Source: a virus. From it: 64,000 bases of DNA. Each line of letters opens with the position of its first letter. Within the stretch, counting starts at the first letter, position 1. Where the stretch lies: the IMG/VR virus record IMGVR_UViG_3300025073_000448; one strand, 5' to 3'. Below, piece after piece: positions 38,398 through 49,000 of this stretch. The notes under the pieces were generated by a model. It did no database searches and was not told the DNA's origin. It saw only the letters and a program-made list of their open reading frames with translations. Position numbers and translations under genes: made by a program.

Positions 38398-38697
38398 ATG
38401 GGGAGAATACTGCTTACGATAGCTATCACCATCATTCTTGCGTCCTATTCCTTCGCGGCAGACATCCCGTTGGAGTGGGACGCCTCAGCCGGAGCGACCG
38501 GCTACAAGCTCCAGATCTCAACGACTAGGGGCCGGTCATGGGGAGAGATTCGGGACACGGGGAGCGCCAAGACCGAGTACGTTTGGCGTGGCGCTCCCGA
38601 TAAGGGGCTCTTGATGTTTCGGATCATGAGCTATAACGCCCATGGCAAGGCGTGGAATACCACCCATGGGGTTTGGGTTAAACCCCAACGAAAATAA
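38398..38697 (+). CDS. Fibronectin-III-like protein with signal peptide
   Basis: ...YSFA then LEWDASAGATGYKLQ...FRIMSYN. Confidence 0.7.
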   Translation: MGRILLTIAITIILASYSFAADIPLEWDASAGATGYKLQISTTRGRSWGEIRDTGSAKTEYVWRGAPDKGLLMFRIMSYNAHGKAWNTTHGVWVKPQRK

Positions 38698-38757
38698 TAT
38701 GCACCATGCACCATGCTACAGCCATAACAACGAAAAAAAGAAAAGGAGAACCACGAA

Positions 38758-40416
38758 ATGGAAAGAATTGACAAAAGAATTACCCAAAGCACCACCATCA
38801 CCAAAAGCAGCAAAAAGGAAACCCTCGGCAAGGTCCTCACTCTCTTCCTGGGGATTATTTGTTTTCTCGGGATCACAATCGCGGAGGCGGCTCGCTACGA
38901 AGTCCTCACCGTAAACAAGCTCGAGATTACCCGCGGCGGGAAAATTGTATCCATGGACAGTCTCGACGTGGACACTACAGGTGACATGATCTTTACGGTG
39001 ACAGCCAGTGCTGCCGGCGAGGACATGATTTTCGATCTCAACGGAAACCAAAACGCTTCCATTCTCATTTCAAGCGAAGGGTCAGGGGCCGATTCCGTAA
39101 AGGTGGAGACGCTAACCAATGGCGGCGACATCATCGTAAGCTCCGTGGACAACATTCAGATCACCAGCACTACGGCATCTGGGTTGATCGACATTGATGG
39201 CACGGCCGGGCTGGTTTACTCCATTGCAGAGGATGACACCACGGCCGACAACATCGATATCGGGTCTGCAAAGGATGACGTTGACATTGAAGGAGAGGAC
39301 ATTACCCTCGATACAGCCGATGATGGCAATGCAACGGTAGCCGATGACTGGACCTTTACCATGGAATCAGCCGGAGGCATTTTTGCTGTTACCGGTACGT
39401 CCGGTTTTACCATCAATATCGGCACCGACGACACCACGGCGGATACCATTAATATAGGCTCGGCAAAGGATGCCACCACCATCTACGGTAATGACCTGAT
39501 CTTGGACTCAGCGGACGACCTGGAATTCAACGTAGCCGATGATTACACTGTCCGAATGGAGACCGCAGGCGGTATCGCTTCGTTCGACGGGACCCTTGGG
39601 GCAGTTTATAGCATAGGAACGGACAATTCGGTTGCTGACGATATAGACATAGGTTCGGCCCTGGATGATGTGGATATCGAAGGCGAGGACATTACCCTCG
39701 ATACAGCCGATGATATGGACTTCGCGGTTGCCGACGATCTTACGGTATCCATGGAGAGCGCAGGGGGCATCTTTGCTGTAAACGGAACCTTGGGAGCCAC
39801 TTACAACATCGGAACGGACAATTCGGTAAAGGACACCATCACCATCGGTTCAGCTCTTGATGATGTGATTATAGCTGGTACACCCGGCGTAGAAGCTGGA
39901 GCCGGTGCCGGTGTCGTGGCTGCGGAAAGATGTGTTGGGGCGATATGCCAAACCGTCTTCACGTTGACCAATGCAACCATTGCAATCACCGATCCGGGCG
40001 GGGCCGCTGCTTACGGCGGGCTGAAAATCTACGACTTCCCCGAGGGCAGATTGCTCGCCATGGGTGTCGTGGCCGACCTCACTCTGACCGAGGCGTCAGG
40101 AACGATAGACGCTGCTTTTGACGGCGATATCTCGCTCGGCACTACGGCAGCAGAGGCTACCCCTACCCTGCATAATCCGACCACGGAAGACGACTGGGTC
40201 CCCACGGTGGCAACCACTCAGGCGGTAGCAAGTGTTGCTGCCGCTGATTTCCAAAGCACCGTCACCGAGCAGGTTTATCACGACGGTCACACAACGGCCA
40301 TCGATCTGTATCTAAACGTGGAAGTGGATGATGCCGACATCACGACCGGTGCGGCAGACTCTTTGACCGCCAATGGGACCATCACGGTTACTTGGATAAA
40401 TTTAGGGGATAATTAA
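38758..40416 (+). CDS. Acidic repeat protein with N-terminal TM/signal segment
   Basis: About 3.4 copies of a 65-aa Asp-rich repeat; C-terminal KIYDFPEG...LYLNV domain. Confidence 0.75.
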   Translation: MERIDKRITQSTTITKSSKKETLGKVLTLFLGIICFLGITIAEAARYEVLTVNKLEITRGGKIVSMDSLDVDTTGDMIFTVTASAAGEDMIFDLNGNQNASILISSEGSGADSVKVETLTNGGDIIVSSVDNIQITSTTASGLIDIDGTAGLVYSIAEDDTTADNIDIGSAKDDVDIEGEDITLDTADDGNATVADDWTFTMESAGGIFAVTGTSGFTINIGTDDTTADTINIGSAKDATTIYGNDLILDSADDLEFNVADDYTVRMETAGGIASFDGTLGAVYSIGTDNSVADDIDIGSALDDVDIEGEDITLDTADDMDFAVADDLTVSMESAGGIFAVNGTLGATYNIGTDNSVKDTITIGSALDDVIIAGTPGVEAGAGAGVVAAERCVGAICQTVFTLTNATIAITDPGGAAAYGGLKIYDFPEGRLLAMGVVADLTLTEASGTIDAAFDGDISLGTTAAEATPTLHNPTTEDDWVPTVATTQAVASVAAADFQSTVTEQVYHDGHTTAIDLYLNVEVDDADITTGAADSLTANGTITVTWINLGDN

Positions 40417-40458
40417 GCAAAGGTTGGCCTTGCGCTGATTGCGTACTGATAATACAAT

Positions 40459-40534
40459 GATCGCGCGGTCTAGGGAGAGATCCCCGAAGAGCCCATACTC
40501 CCGCATGGGCCTGGCCGCGCGATCTACTTTTTTT
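40459..40534 (+). ncRNA. Three-way-junction RNA element 4 (apparently stand-alone)
   Basis: 12-bp outer stem GATCGCGCGGTC/GGCCGCGCGATC, GGGA-GAGA-UCCC hairpin, GCCCAU-ACUCCCGC-AUGGGC hairpin, T7 tract. Confidence 0.65.
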
Positions 40535-40891
40535 CATATCTTCACTTCCATCCACGGGAGCCGTGGCAACACGTCGGTGGCGACTATCGGCGCTGTCTAG
40601 GCTCCAAATAATCATCAACCATCACATTACAATCAGCACCATCATTCACATCAACCACCACACACCTCAACGCATTGCCTTGAGCGGAACACCGTGGAGG
40701 AAGTGGCTTAGATCCATCCCTTCTCGGCTCCGCCAGGCACAACCAGAGAATACCTCGAAGGGAGGGAGTGGGACAGGCTCGCGGTTCCGGGCTCGCCATG
40801 TTGGTTGTGGATCATCCACGCCACGGTGAACACCCTTAGCGCGCGGCCTTGCTCCCCGCCCCACCCTTCAAGGCTCTCAAAAGGAGAAAGT

Positions 40892-42604
40892 ATGTCCGGC
40901 TTGAACGACGTAGTGAAACAGGCACAGCAGCAAATCGATGCCATTGAACACGCTTTGGGAATACCGCAGCAGACGCCCGGCGAGGGATCGCCCCCGGGCC
41001 AGGCGAACACGGCTCCCATGGGCGCTCAAGGCGGAGAAGGCGGCGGTGCCACGGCGCCACAACCAGCGCAACCCGGTCAGCAAGGGCAGCAGCAGCCAGG
41101 CCAGCCCGCACAGCAGCCCCAACAGCAACAGTCCCTTCCCTTCCAGGCTCAGCAGGATCAGCCTCAACCGGGTCAGCTTGCTCCGCAGCAGCAGACACAG
41201 CAGCAGATCACGACTGAAGACCGGAAATGGGAAAGCATGTACCGCACGGCAGAGCAGAAGTTCCAGGTCCTCCAGGGAAAGTACAACGCAGAGGTCCCGC
41301 GGCTGCAACACCAGCTCCGCGAGACCGAGCAGAGGGCTTCCACCTTCGAGGCCAAGGCTTCTACACTCGAGCAGCGTATGGTGCAGCTTGAACAGGCGAT
41401 GCAGGCAGGGCAAGGCGGAGCAGTGCAGGCCAGCCAGACAGGGCAAGGAAGTCAGGGCCAGCAGGGACAATTCAACCAGCAAGGCCAGCAAGGCAAGGCA
41501 GGGCAGGCAACACAGCAAGGCGCATCCGGTGCAAACGGGGGATTCCCGATAGACCTATCCGGAGTGGACTTCGAAACTCTCGCGGCCACTTACCCGGATG
41601 ATCTCGCCCCCATGATCAGGATCATGCCGCAGATGGTTCAGCACATGCAGTCCCAGGAAGGTGTCATAGCGAACCTGCAACAGCAACTCGCGGCGACAAC
41701 CGAGGGAATGCGAAAGGTTGTGACCAATGTGGAGCAGGTCAACGCCGAGCGTGCCGGCAATGCCCAGCGAGCTTTTCATGCCGAGCTTGGAAGGATTTGT
41801 CCCGAATGGCAGCAGATCGACAACATGCCCGATTTTCACAACTGGCTGGATCAACGGAAACCCATGTCGGTCAGAACATACCGGCAGGATGCCGAAGAGG
41901 CATGGGGGGCTGGTGACGCCGTGGCCGTCGCGGAGTGCTACAACGCCTTCAAGTCGGACTTTTTATCAAACCAGGGGCAGCGGCAGAATGGGCAGCAGCA
42001 AGGAAATGTGCAGAATCCTGGAAGCCAGCAGCCCCACAACAATCAACAGCCGCCCGATGGATCATGGCAGCAAGGGCAGGGTCAGCAGCAGGGCCAGCAG
42101 AACCAGCAGCAGGTCCAGCAAGGTCAACAAGGAAACAGTGGTCAGCAGCAGCAGATCGTGCAGCAGGGTCAGCAAGGGAATCCTCAGTCTCAACAGCAGA
42201 CATTCATGCAGTTCGATGAATTTGGGCAGCCCATCTACATAGGGCCCCAGGTCAACCAGCAGGTCCAGCAGGGACAGCAGCTCCAGCAAGGGAATCACGG
42301 GGGGCAGCAGCAAGGCCAAAATTATCAGCAGGGCCAGCTTCACAACCCCCTGGAGTACATGGTTGAACCGTCGCCAATGGCCGGGAACCCCCCGCAGGCC
42401 CCTCAACAGAAGAGGATTTACACGATTCAGGAAATCACGGACCACAACACCAGGATGACCAAAAACCCGAGATTGCTGCAAGATCCTACCTGGGCGGCCA
42501 TGGAAAAAGACATGGCCAACGCCGTCCTCGAAGGAAGGGTTGCGGGGCAGCTACCAGACATGCGCCTCCAATCCGGAGAAGCTCGGTTTGTGCAGGGGAT
42601 ATAG
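40892..42604 (+). CDS. Capsid scaffolding protein, Gln-rich
   Basis: AAGGAG RBS; FQVLQGKYNAEVPRL; C-terminal A..EGRV; directly upstream of the capsid gene. Confidence 0.75.
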   Translation: MSGLNDVVKQAQQQIDAIEHALGIPQQTPGEGSPPGQANTAPMGAQGGEGGGATAPQPAQPGQQGQQQPGQPAQQPQQQQSLPFQAQQDQPQPGQLAPQQQTQQQITTEDRKWESMYRTAEQKFQVLQGKYNAEVPRLQHQLRETEQRASTFEAKASTLEQRMVQLEQAMQAGQGGAVQASQTGQGSQGQQGQFNQQGQQGKAGQATQQGASGANGGFPIDLSGVDFETLAATYPDDLAPMIRIMPQMVQHMQSQEGVIANLQQQLAATTEGMRKVVTNVEQVNAERAGNAQRAFHAELGRICPEWQQIDNMPDFHNWLDQRKPMSVRTYRQDAEEAWGAGDAVAVAECYNAFKSDFLSNQGQRQNGQQQGNVQNPGSQQPHNNQQPPDGSWQQGQGQQQGQQNQQQVQQGQQGNSGQQQQIVQQGQQGNPQSQQQTFMQFDEFGQPIYIGPQVNQQVQQGQQLQQGNHGGQQQGQNYQQGQLHNPLEYMVEPSPMAGNPPQAPQQKRIYTIQEITDHNTRMTKNPRLLQDPTWAAMEKDMANAVLEGRVAGQLPDMRLQSGEARFVQGI

Positions 42605-42803
42605 GGGAGTGTGAGGCGGCGCAGTGGGTGCTGGGCGGAGAATGCGAGCTGGCAATGTAGCCTTCTCACAAAGATCAGCCAGGCACACGCCGCCTTCCAG
42701 TTCCATCCCCTTCAAGGCCGATTCAACTTTATCCAGAAACCCGAGAGGATGAGCCGCTGACCTTCTACATAATCTTGCAATTTCCCAAGAAGGAGATACT
42801 CTC

Positions 42804-43739
42804 ATGGCTTTCATTCCCGCAGCGGGACATCCCAATTATCAGGGGACTTTCATCCCCTATCTGTTCAGTCAGAAAGTGCTGGTCAGGCTGTATGATGCAC
42901 TTTGTCTTCCCTTTATCTCGAACACAGATTATCAAGGCGAGATCACCGGCTTTGGCAGCCAGGTCATCATCAGGAAAGACCCCGACATCAACATCTTCGA
43001 CACCGTGCCCGGCGCCGAGCTCCCCGTTCAGAAGCCGGATACCGACACGGAAACCCTGACCATCGACCGGGCCAAGGGCTGGAACTTCTTGGTCCACGAT
43101 TTCGACAAGGCCCAGAGCGACATCAACATCATCGACCGCTGGTCGGTGGTGGCGGTCGAAAACAAGAAGCGGGCGATTGAAACTCAGGTGTTCGGTGCCA
43201 TGTATGCCGACATCCACGCGGACAACCAGGGCACGACGGCCGGCACCAAGAGCGGCGCGTTCAACCTGGGAACGAGTGGGGCTCCAATCGCCATCGACAA
43301 GACCAACATCATCGACTACATCGTCCACCTCGGAACGGTGCTTGATGAGCAGAACATCCCGGAAGACGGCGGGTGGTGGATTCTTCTTCCGCCAATTTTC
43401 GAGAACATGATCAAGAGGAGCGACATAAAGGACGCTTCCCTTACCGGTGATGCGATGTCCACCCTCCGCAACGGGGGAAGAATCGGGCGCATCGACCGCT
43501 TCACAGCATACAAAACCAACAATGTCCCCTACGTCGCGGACGGCTCCGGCGTCACGGCCTACTACATCATGGCCGGCCACAAGATGGGGCTCACTTTCGC
43601 CATGCAGGTGGAGAAGTCCGAGGCCATCCCCAGCCCCACCACGTTTGGCAAGCTCATGCGCGGTTACGCCGTGTACGGCTTCGAAGTGGTGCGGCCCGAG
43701 GCCATTTCGCTCCTGTACGCCAATGCGGTGTTGACGTAA
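42804..43739 (+). CDS. Major capsid protein
   Basis: FIPYLFSQKVL...NTDYQGEI..FGSQVII, LTIDRAK, IGRIDRF, GYAVYGFEVVRPE. Confidence 0.9.
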   Translation: MAFIPAAGHPNYQGTFIPYLFSQKVLVRLYDALCLPFISNTDYQGEITGFGSQVIIRKDPDINIFDTVPGAELPVQKPDTDTETLTIDRAKGWNFLVHDFDKAQSDINIIDRWSVVAVENKKRAIETQVFGAMYADIHADNQGTTAGTKSGAFNLGTSGAPIAIDKTNIIDYIVHLGTVLDEQNIPEDGGWWILLPPIFENMIKRSDIKDASLTGDAMSTLRNGGRIGRIDRFTAYKTNNVPYVADGSGVTAYYIMAGHKMGLTFAMQVEKSEAIPSPTTFGKLMRGYAVYGFEVVRPEAISLLYANAVLT

Positions 43740-43760
43740 GGAGATCGCAGGACCGAGAAC

Positions 43761-43817
43761 AGTATGCCTTGAAGGAGAGGAGACAGCAACCCGCGCCCTT
43801 TCCCTTCAAGGCATACT
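43761..43817 (+). terminator. Hairpin after the capsid gene (second 47-bp REP-like element)
   Basis: AGTATGCCTTGAAGG/CCTTCAAGGCATACT, 15-bp perfect arms, T-rich tail. Confidence 0.7.
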
Positions 43818-43876
43818 TCATTTTCTATCATTTTCACCATCCTACCATCCCCTACCTTTAAGGAGGTATATCAATC

Positions 43877-44371
43877 ATGTCCAATTACGATGTGAGAGCA
43901 ACCGCCCTGAATGGGCTTGGAGGCACTTCCTTTAGTGTCCCTGCCTACGGCAATTCCCTGCGCTCGGTGGCGTACAAGAGATTCAGCTTTGCGGACCTCG
44001 TTACGGCCCCGGTGCAAAATGATGTTGTCGTTTTCATGACCATCCCGGCCAAGAGCCGGGTTCATAGCGCAAACCTCGTCGTGGTGACCCCGGAAGGAGA
44101 AGCGTCCACCATTCACATTGGAGACTATTCCGACCTCGTGGGCTCCGCCGTCGATGCCGATGGCTGGCTGAAGGGCGTCTCTATCAATGGCGTGGCCGGC
44201 ACCGGGGGAGGCACGGGCGGGAACACGGAGGCTTATGGTGCTGCCGGCGGCAAGTTTTATGCGGCTGAGGCCTACATGGCTATCACCTGTCCCGACAACC
44301 TCACGTACAATACGGCAGTCGTGGATATCTGGATTGACATCACCAAGTATTACGACGAGGAAGGCGATTAA
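43877..44371 (+). CDS. Capsid decoration/cement-like protein
   Basis: Position after the capsid gene; beta-rich, DVVVFMTIPA. Confidence 0.6.
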   Translation: MSNYDVRATALNGLGGTSFSVPAYGNSLRSVAYKRFSFADLVTAPVQNDVVVFMTIPAKSRVHSANLVVVTPEGEASTIHIGDYSDLVGSAVDADGWLKGVSINGVAGTGGGTGGNTEAYGAAGGKFYAAEAYMAITCPDNLTYNTAVVDIWIDITKYYDEEGD

Positions 44372-44544
44372 GATTCAGCATTTCAGGACATGACGAAGCA
44401 TTGGCCTGGAAGGGGAGATGGCAGGACCCACCTAAATGCGGCCACTTTTCTTCCAGGCATTCATCACATTCACCGTCATCATTACCATTTCTACCACCCC
44501 ACATCGAAGCGTAAAATGCGGGAGAAAGGCAGGACAGCACAACC

Positions 44545-45201
44545 ATGAAGCCGAAACCGAGAAACAAGCCACCCTTTTTGCAGCAGAAAACCACGGGGAG
44601 AGTTTTCGCATACACCGTTGAGCTTGAGCAGTACCGCACCGACATGGTGCCGTTTTGGGGAACCCAGGAAGAAGCGAATGCCGCGAATGAGCGGATCCGG
44701 CTGGACAGGGCCAGGAAGAGGAATGCCGCGGCCGTCGGGGTCGGGCTCACTCAGCCGGTCACTCAGTCTGCCGAGCCTGCCCCGCCCGTTGAAATGTCCC
44801 CCCCCTTCGCGGATCTTTTGCCGGCCGGGGCGCTCGGACCTCCCGAAGTAATACCTCCTTTATCCTCGAAGGGCGGGCTCCTTTCTTCCGGGGTCATCGT
44901 GGAGACTGATGAACAATCACCTCCAGTGATGCTTGCCAAGGGTGATTTTCTTTTGGAGCAACAGGCACTGGATGATGTAGATTTCGCGGAGCAAGTCACC
45001 TCTTCCAAACGAGGCATGGAATACCTGAAAACCATCGAAGGCGATATGTCAAAGCTCCGCGAGTACGGCCGGGAGAATTTCAACGTGAAGTTTCCCCCGA
45101 GCACGACCATGGATGTGATTTTCAAGGAGCTTGTTCTTATGGAGGCCGCAGGTCCCATGGAAACCATCGAGCTTGACGGCCCCGTTGACCCGCAGGAATA
45201 A
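44545..45201 (+). CDS. Hypothetical head-module protein
   Basis: ORF between decoration and adaptor genes. Confidence 0.7.
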   Translation: MKPKPRNKPPFLQQKTTGRVFAYTVELEQYRTDMVPFWGTQEEANAANERIRLDRARKRNAAAVGVGLTQPVTQSAEPAPPVEMSPPFADLLPAGALGPPEVIPPLSSKGGLLSSGVIVETDEQSPPVMLAKGDFLLEQQALDDVDFAEQVTSSKRGMEYLKTIEGDMSKLREYGRENFNVKFPPSTTMDVIFKELVLMEAAGPMETIELDGPVDPQE

Positions 45202-45249
45202 AGAGCATCTCAATTTAGTATTCCCTCCACCCTTCAAAGGAGTATTGCC

Positions 45250-45933
45250 GTGGCGTTGACCGCATACGATTTCATATCCCAGGAGTCAAGGATCGTTGAT
45301 GAGCTTCAAGAGGATATGTCCGATCCTACCCGCTACACTCAATCCATGCTCCTGCGGTACCTAAATGAGTCCCAGCGTCTCATCGTCTCCCTGCGTCCCG
45401 ACGCCACGGCAACACCCAAGAGCATGCAATGTGCCCCCGGAACCAAGCAGGTCATCCCTACCGGGGATGTTCGACTCATCGAAGTGATCAGGAACATGGG
45501 GAGCGACGACTTGACACCAGGACGTCCCATCATAAAGACCGATAAGGTGACGCTCGATAGGTACAGTTACGCTTTGAGCTGGCACACCGAGGCTGCTTCC
45601 ACTGTGATTCGGGAGTATGTTTTTGATGAAAGGTTTCCCAGGCATTTTTATGTGACGCCTCCGGTTCATGCCGCAACCCCTGTCTATGCTGAGGTTGTGG
45701 TTGCGGCGGCTCCGGTTGATTGCACTGGAGATACGAGCGAGATCGGGATTCCGGACATTTATCAGACTGCGCTGAATGAGGCTGTACTTTGGATGGCATT
45801 CTCCATGGACATAGACAGCGCTGCGAATCAGGCACGGGCTGCGTTTCACTTGCAGCATTTGTATCAGGTGCTTGGCGTCAAGATGCAGGCTGATAGCTGG
45901 GCGAACCCTCGAGTGCGGAGACCGGCGGCATAG
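45250..45933 (+). CDS. Head-tail adaptor (DUF6682-like)
   Basis: LLRYLNESQRLIVSLRPDA, GTKQVIP, FYVTPP, YQTALNEAV. Confidence 0.75.
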   Translation: MALTAYDFISQESRIVDELQEDMSDPTRYTQSMLLRYLNESQRLIVSLRPDATATPKSMQCAPGTKQVIPTGDVRLIEVIRNMGSDDLTPGRPIIKTDKVTLDRYSYALSWHTEAASTVIREYVFDERFPRHFYVTPPVHAATPVYAEVVVAAAPVDCTGDTSEIGIPDIYQTALNEAVLWMAFSMDIDSAANQARAAFHLQHLYQVLGVKMQADSWANPRVRRPAA

Positions 45934-46009
45934 GACCAGTGGTGTGGGGCTAGTGGTGTAGAGAAAGGCCAGCGGTGTGATGACGGGAATGAAAACAGAG
46001 ATAGGTGCA

Positions 46010-49000
46010 ATGATGACGATGAAAATGAAAAGCTCAACTCCAAGAATCCTTTCCTTTGTTCTGGTGGCCGCATTTCTGTTGCCTTCTTTTTGTCTTGCTC
46101 AGACATCCACGACGGCCGGCCCTGGCAGGATAACTCCGAACACCACCATTGTTCGAACGTTAGGTGAACTGACTGCGGCAACCACGGATGCCAACTACGG
46201 AATATTGGCTGGGAAGAGTTTCACTCTTACCGACAGCATGGAGATCCCCGTAACGAAGGTTTTCTCGCAGGCGCCTGGTGCGATCATTGACACGAATGGG
46301 CTCTTGCTCACCATTTATAACGACGGAGAACATCCACCGAACCAGCAGCGATTCGCTACAGGGAGTGAAGTTTCCTTTCCTGATGGCTCCACCGTGTACT
46401 CGGGATGGTTTGTTTCCTTGGTGGAAGCCGTGGATGCGCTGGGGCTTTCGCCGAATGTGAAGTTGGTGCAGAGCGAAGCTGAGACGCTTGGTGGTCCGGT
46501 GGTTATCCCTTCTGGGATGACGTTCACTGTTCTTCCCGGTGCAATACTTACAACGTCAGCCGCGAACACTCTAACCTTTGCATCCGGTTCTGTCCTTGAA
46601 GACAATGGCGGGCAGATGTTCAGTAGTCTCCCCGGCGAAGTCTTGATGCCATACGCCTTGGAAGTCAGACCGGAGTGGTGGGGAGCGATTACCACTTACG
46701 ACACCACGACCTATACTCACGCCGCAGCCAACCAAAACGCCATTTTTTGTGCGTACAAGGCCTTGTCGAATACTACCGGGGCGACACTTATCGGTGCATC
46801 GAAGATCAAATTCCGGGCCGGAAACTATGTGGTTGACGATGGATTTGACCTGACTGATGCCAGTCTGAGCGGTGGCTGGAAGACCATAATCTTTGAAGGT
46901 GAAGCGTGGAGAACCACGTTCATTACATTGCACAACGACTCGGCTACTTACCTCTTCAAGGATGACGACACCGGCAACGAGGGCCGGAGTTATGAGTTTA
47001 GGAATTTCCAGTTTAAGAATACCATCGCTTATGTTGCCGGCGTCTCTTGGCATCCAGCCACAGCCATCCAGTTGAAACATTGCCTCAATAGCAAATTTGA
47101 GAATCTGTATTTTCGTGAGTTCACTGAAGGTATGAACTTGGACGCGAATGTTGACGGTGCAGTGGTTCACAGTTCTATTTTCAACCAGGTAATCAATTGC
47201 AGGGCCGTGTACTGTAAACGCGGTTTCACGCTTGGGAATAACTCCAATAATTGGGTTATTTCTGACTCCAATGCCTATGGATGCTACTACACGGCCACTC
47301 CGCTCGAGGGGTGGGGCTTCTCGCTCTACAAGTCTAAGGGCGTTAGTTTTCTTGGTGCGAACGTTGAAGGCGGCGGGGCTTCCCCTGGATTCCTCATCAC
47401 GGCATCGTCTGGGGTGACAATTAGTGGCGGGGATATTGAGAATTACACCAACGGTCGCTCAATCATCGTGATGGGAGATTCGGTTGGCAATCTTGAGGAC
47501 ATCCGAGACTGGTCTACCGGGATCGTGGTTTCTGGTGTGAAATTTTGGAACGCTCTTGGCGTCGAGGTGAGGGATGGTGTTTCTGGTTTAACGATGACCG
47601 GGAATGGATGGACGAATAGTTATCCGGCATCCGGATCGGCTCCCGGAGCCCTCAACGCATTTCGTATAGTAAGCACCGCAAGTCCAAAGTACATTCGCGG
47701 AATAGAATACGATGACTCAAATGCTTGGCCTCACGGGATAGCTCCCACCGCCCATACCACAGTGGGCATGAACCACGCCGTGCGATACAACGGTCAGTCC
47801 TGGAAGTCGGCGGCCAACGCTCCCAACACGGCATACGGGACATGGACTCAGGGAAGCCGGGTGATGTGGACCGTCAATCCTGCCTTTTATTGGGTCGTGA
47901 AGGAGTCGGGGACACTCGGGACGCTCAACGCAGGCTGGACCACGGCGACCGGAACGAACGGAGCCACATCGCTTGTGCTTGATGACGCAACGGATGCATT
48001 CCCCGGCATGGTCGTGGACCTTACGATGGATGACGCCTCAACGCATACGGCTACCATTGGGACGTGCAACTATGACACGCTGGCGTGCTCGGTGTACCCG
48101 GCCCTCGACGCCAATATCACGGCGGGGGCTGTTGCCTACCATGCTCCCGTGTTTGTTCTGGAGGGTGAGGACAATACCTCTCAATCATTGGCCTACGCAA
48201 CGCCACGGTCAATTGATCTTTCTCTCGGGGGCGTGGTGCAGGTTGATGAGCTAACCGGTAACATAGAGTTGTCCAATCCGACGAACGGGCTAGTGGGAAC
48301 CAGATTTATTGTGGTTCTCTATGCCGATGCTACTCCTCGAACCATCACCTATGGGACGGCATATAGGGTCGGGGCTCCTTCAAGTATTGCCGCAAGTCAG
48401 TATCTCGCCCTTGAATTCATGCAGGCGGCAACGGGGGCCGGTGGGATTCGATTCATGGGTGTTCCGCTGGGTTACACGAACCTTACGGACTTCGACAATC
48501 AAACCGCTTGGCGAGTGTTCTATTCCAACGGGAGCGGAGATACGACTGAACTGGCACTCGGCGTTGACGGAACCTATCTGCGGAGTAATGGTGCAGCGGT
48601 CGCTCCGACGTTTGACACGCCGGCTTCGCTATCTGCGGCGTCCGTGAATGACGTCAACACAGGAACCAGCACGACAACCGCCGTAACCCCTGACGCTTTG
48701 GCCGGATCAAACATCGGGACGCGCATGGTCCACCTTCTTGTGACAGCCGATGACGCCGCTCTCGCTGTCGGTGATACGAGCGGAATGTTCCGAGTTCCTG
48801 CCGAGATGAACGGCATGGTTTTGGTGTCGGATGCGGTTCAAGTTGGAACCGTAAGCAGCGTGAACAACCCTACTTTCAAAGTTGAGAAATTCCGACTTTC
48901 AGCGGCAGCTACGCGGGACGCAGCGGTTCAGATGCTTTCCACAAATCTCACTATCGATGCGACCGAGTATGACTCGAAGGATGCCGCGACGCCTGCTGTT

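Noticed and set aside
40563-40829. 88-aa ORF downstream of RNA element 4
   Set aside because: RBS-to-GTG spacing only 2 nt and translation is low-complexity I/H/T from a CAT-rich tract
41940-42340. CAG-rich repeats as a repeat element or array
   Set aside because: They are Gln codons of the scaffold protein's low-complexity region
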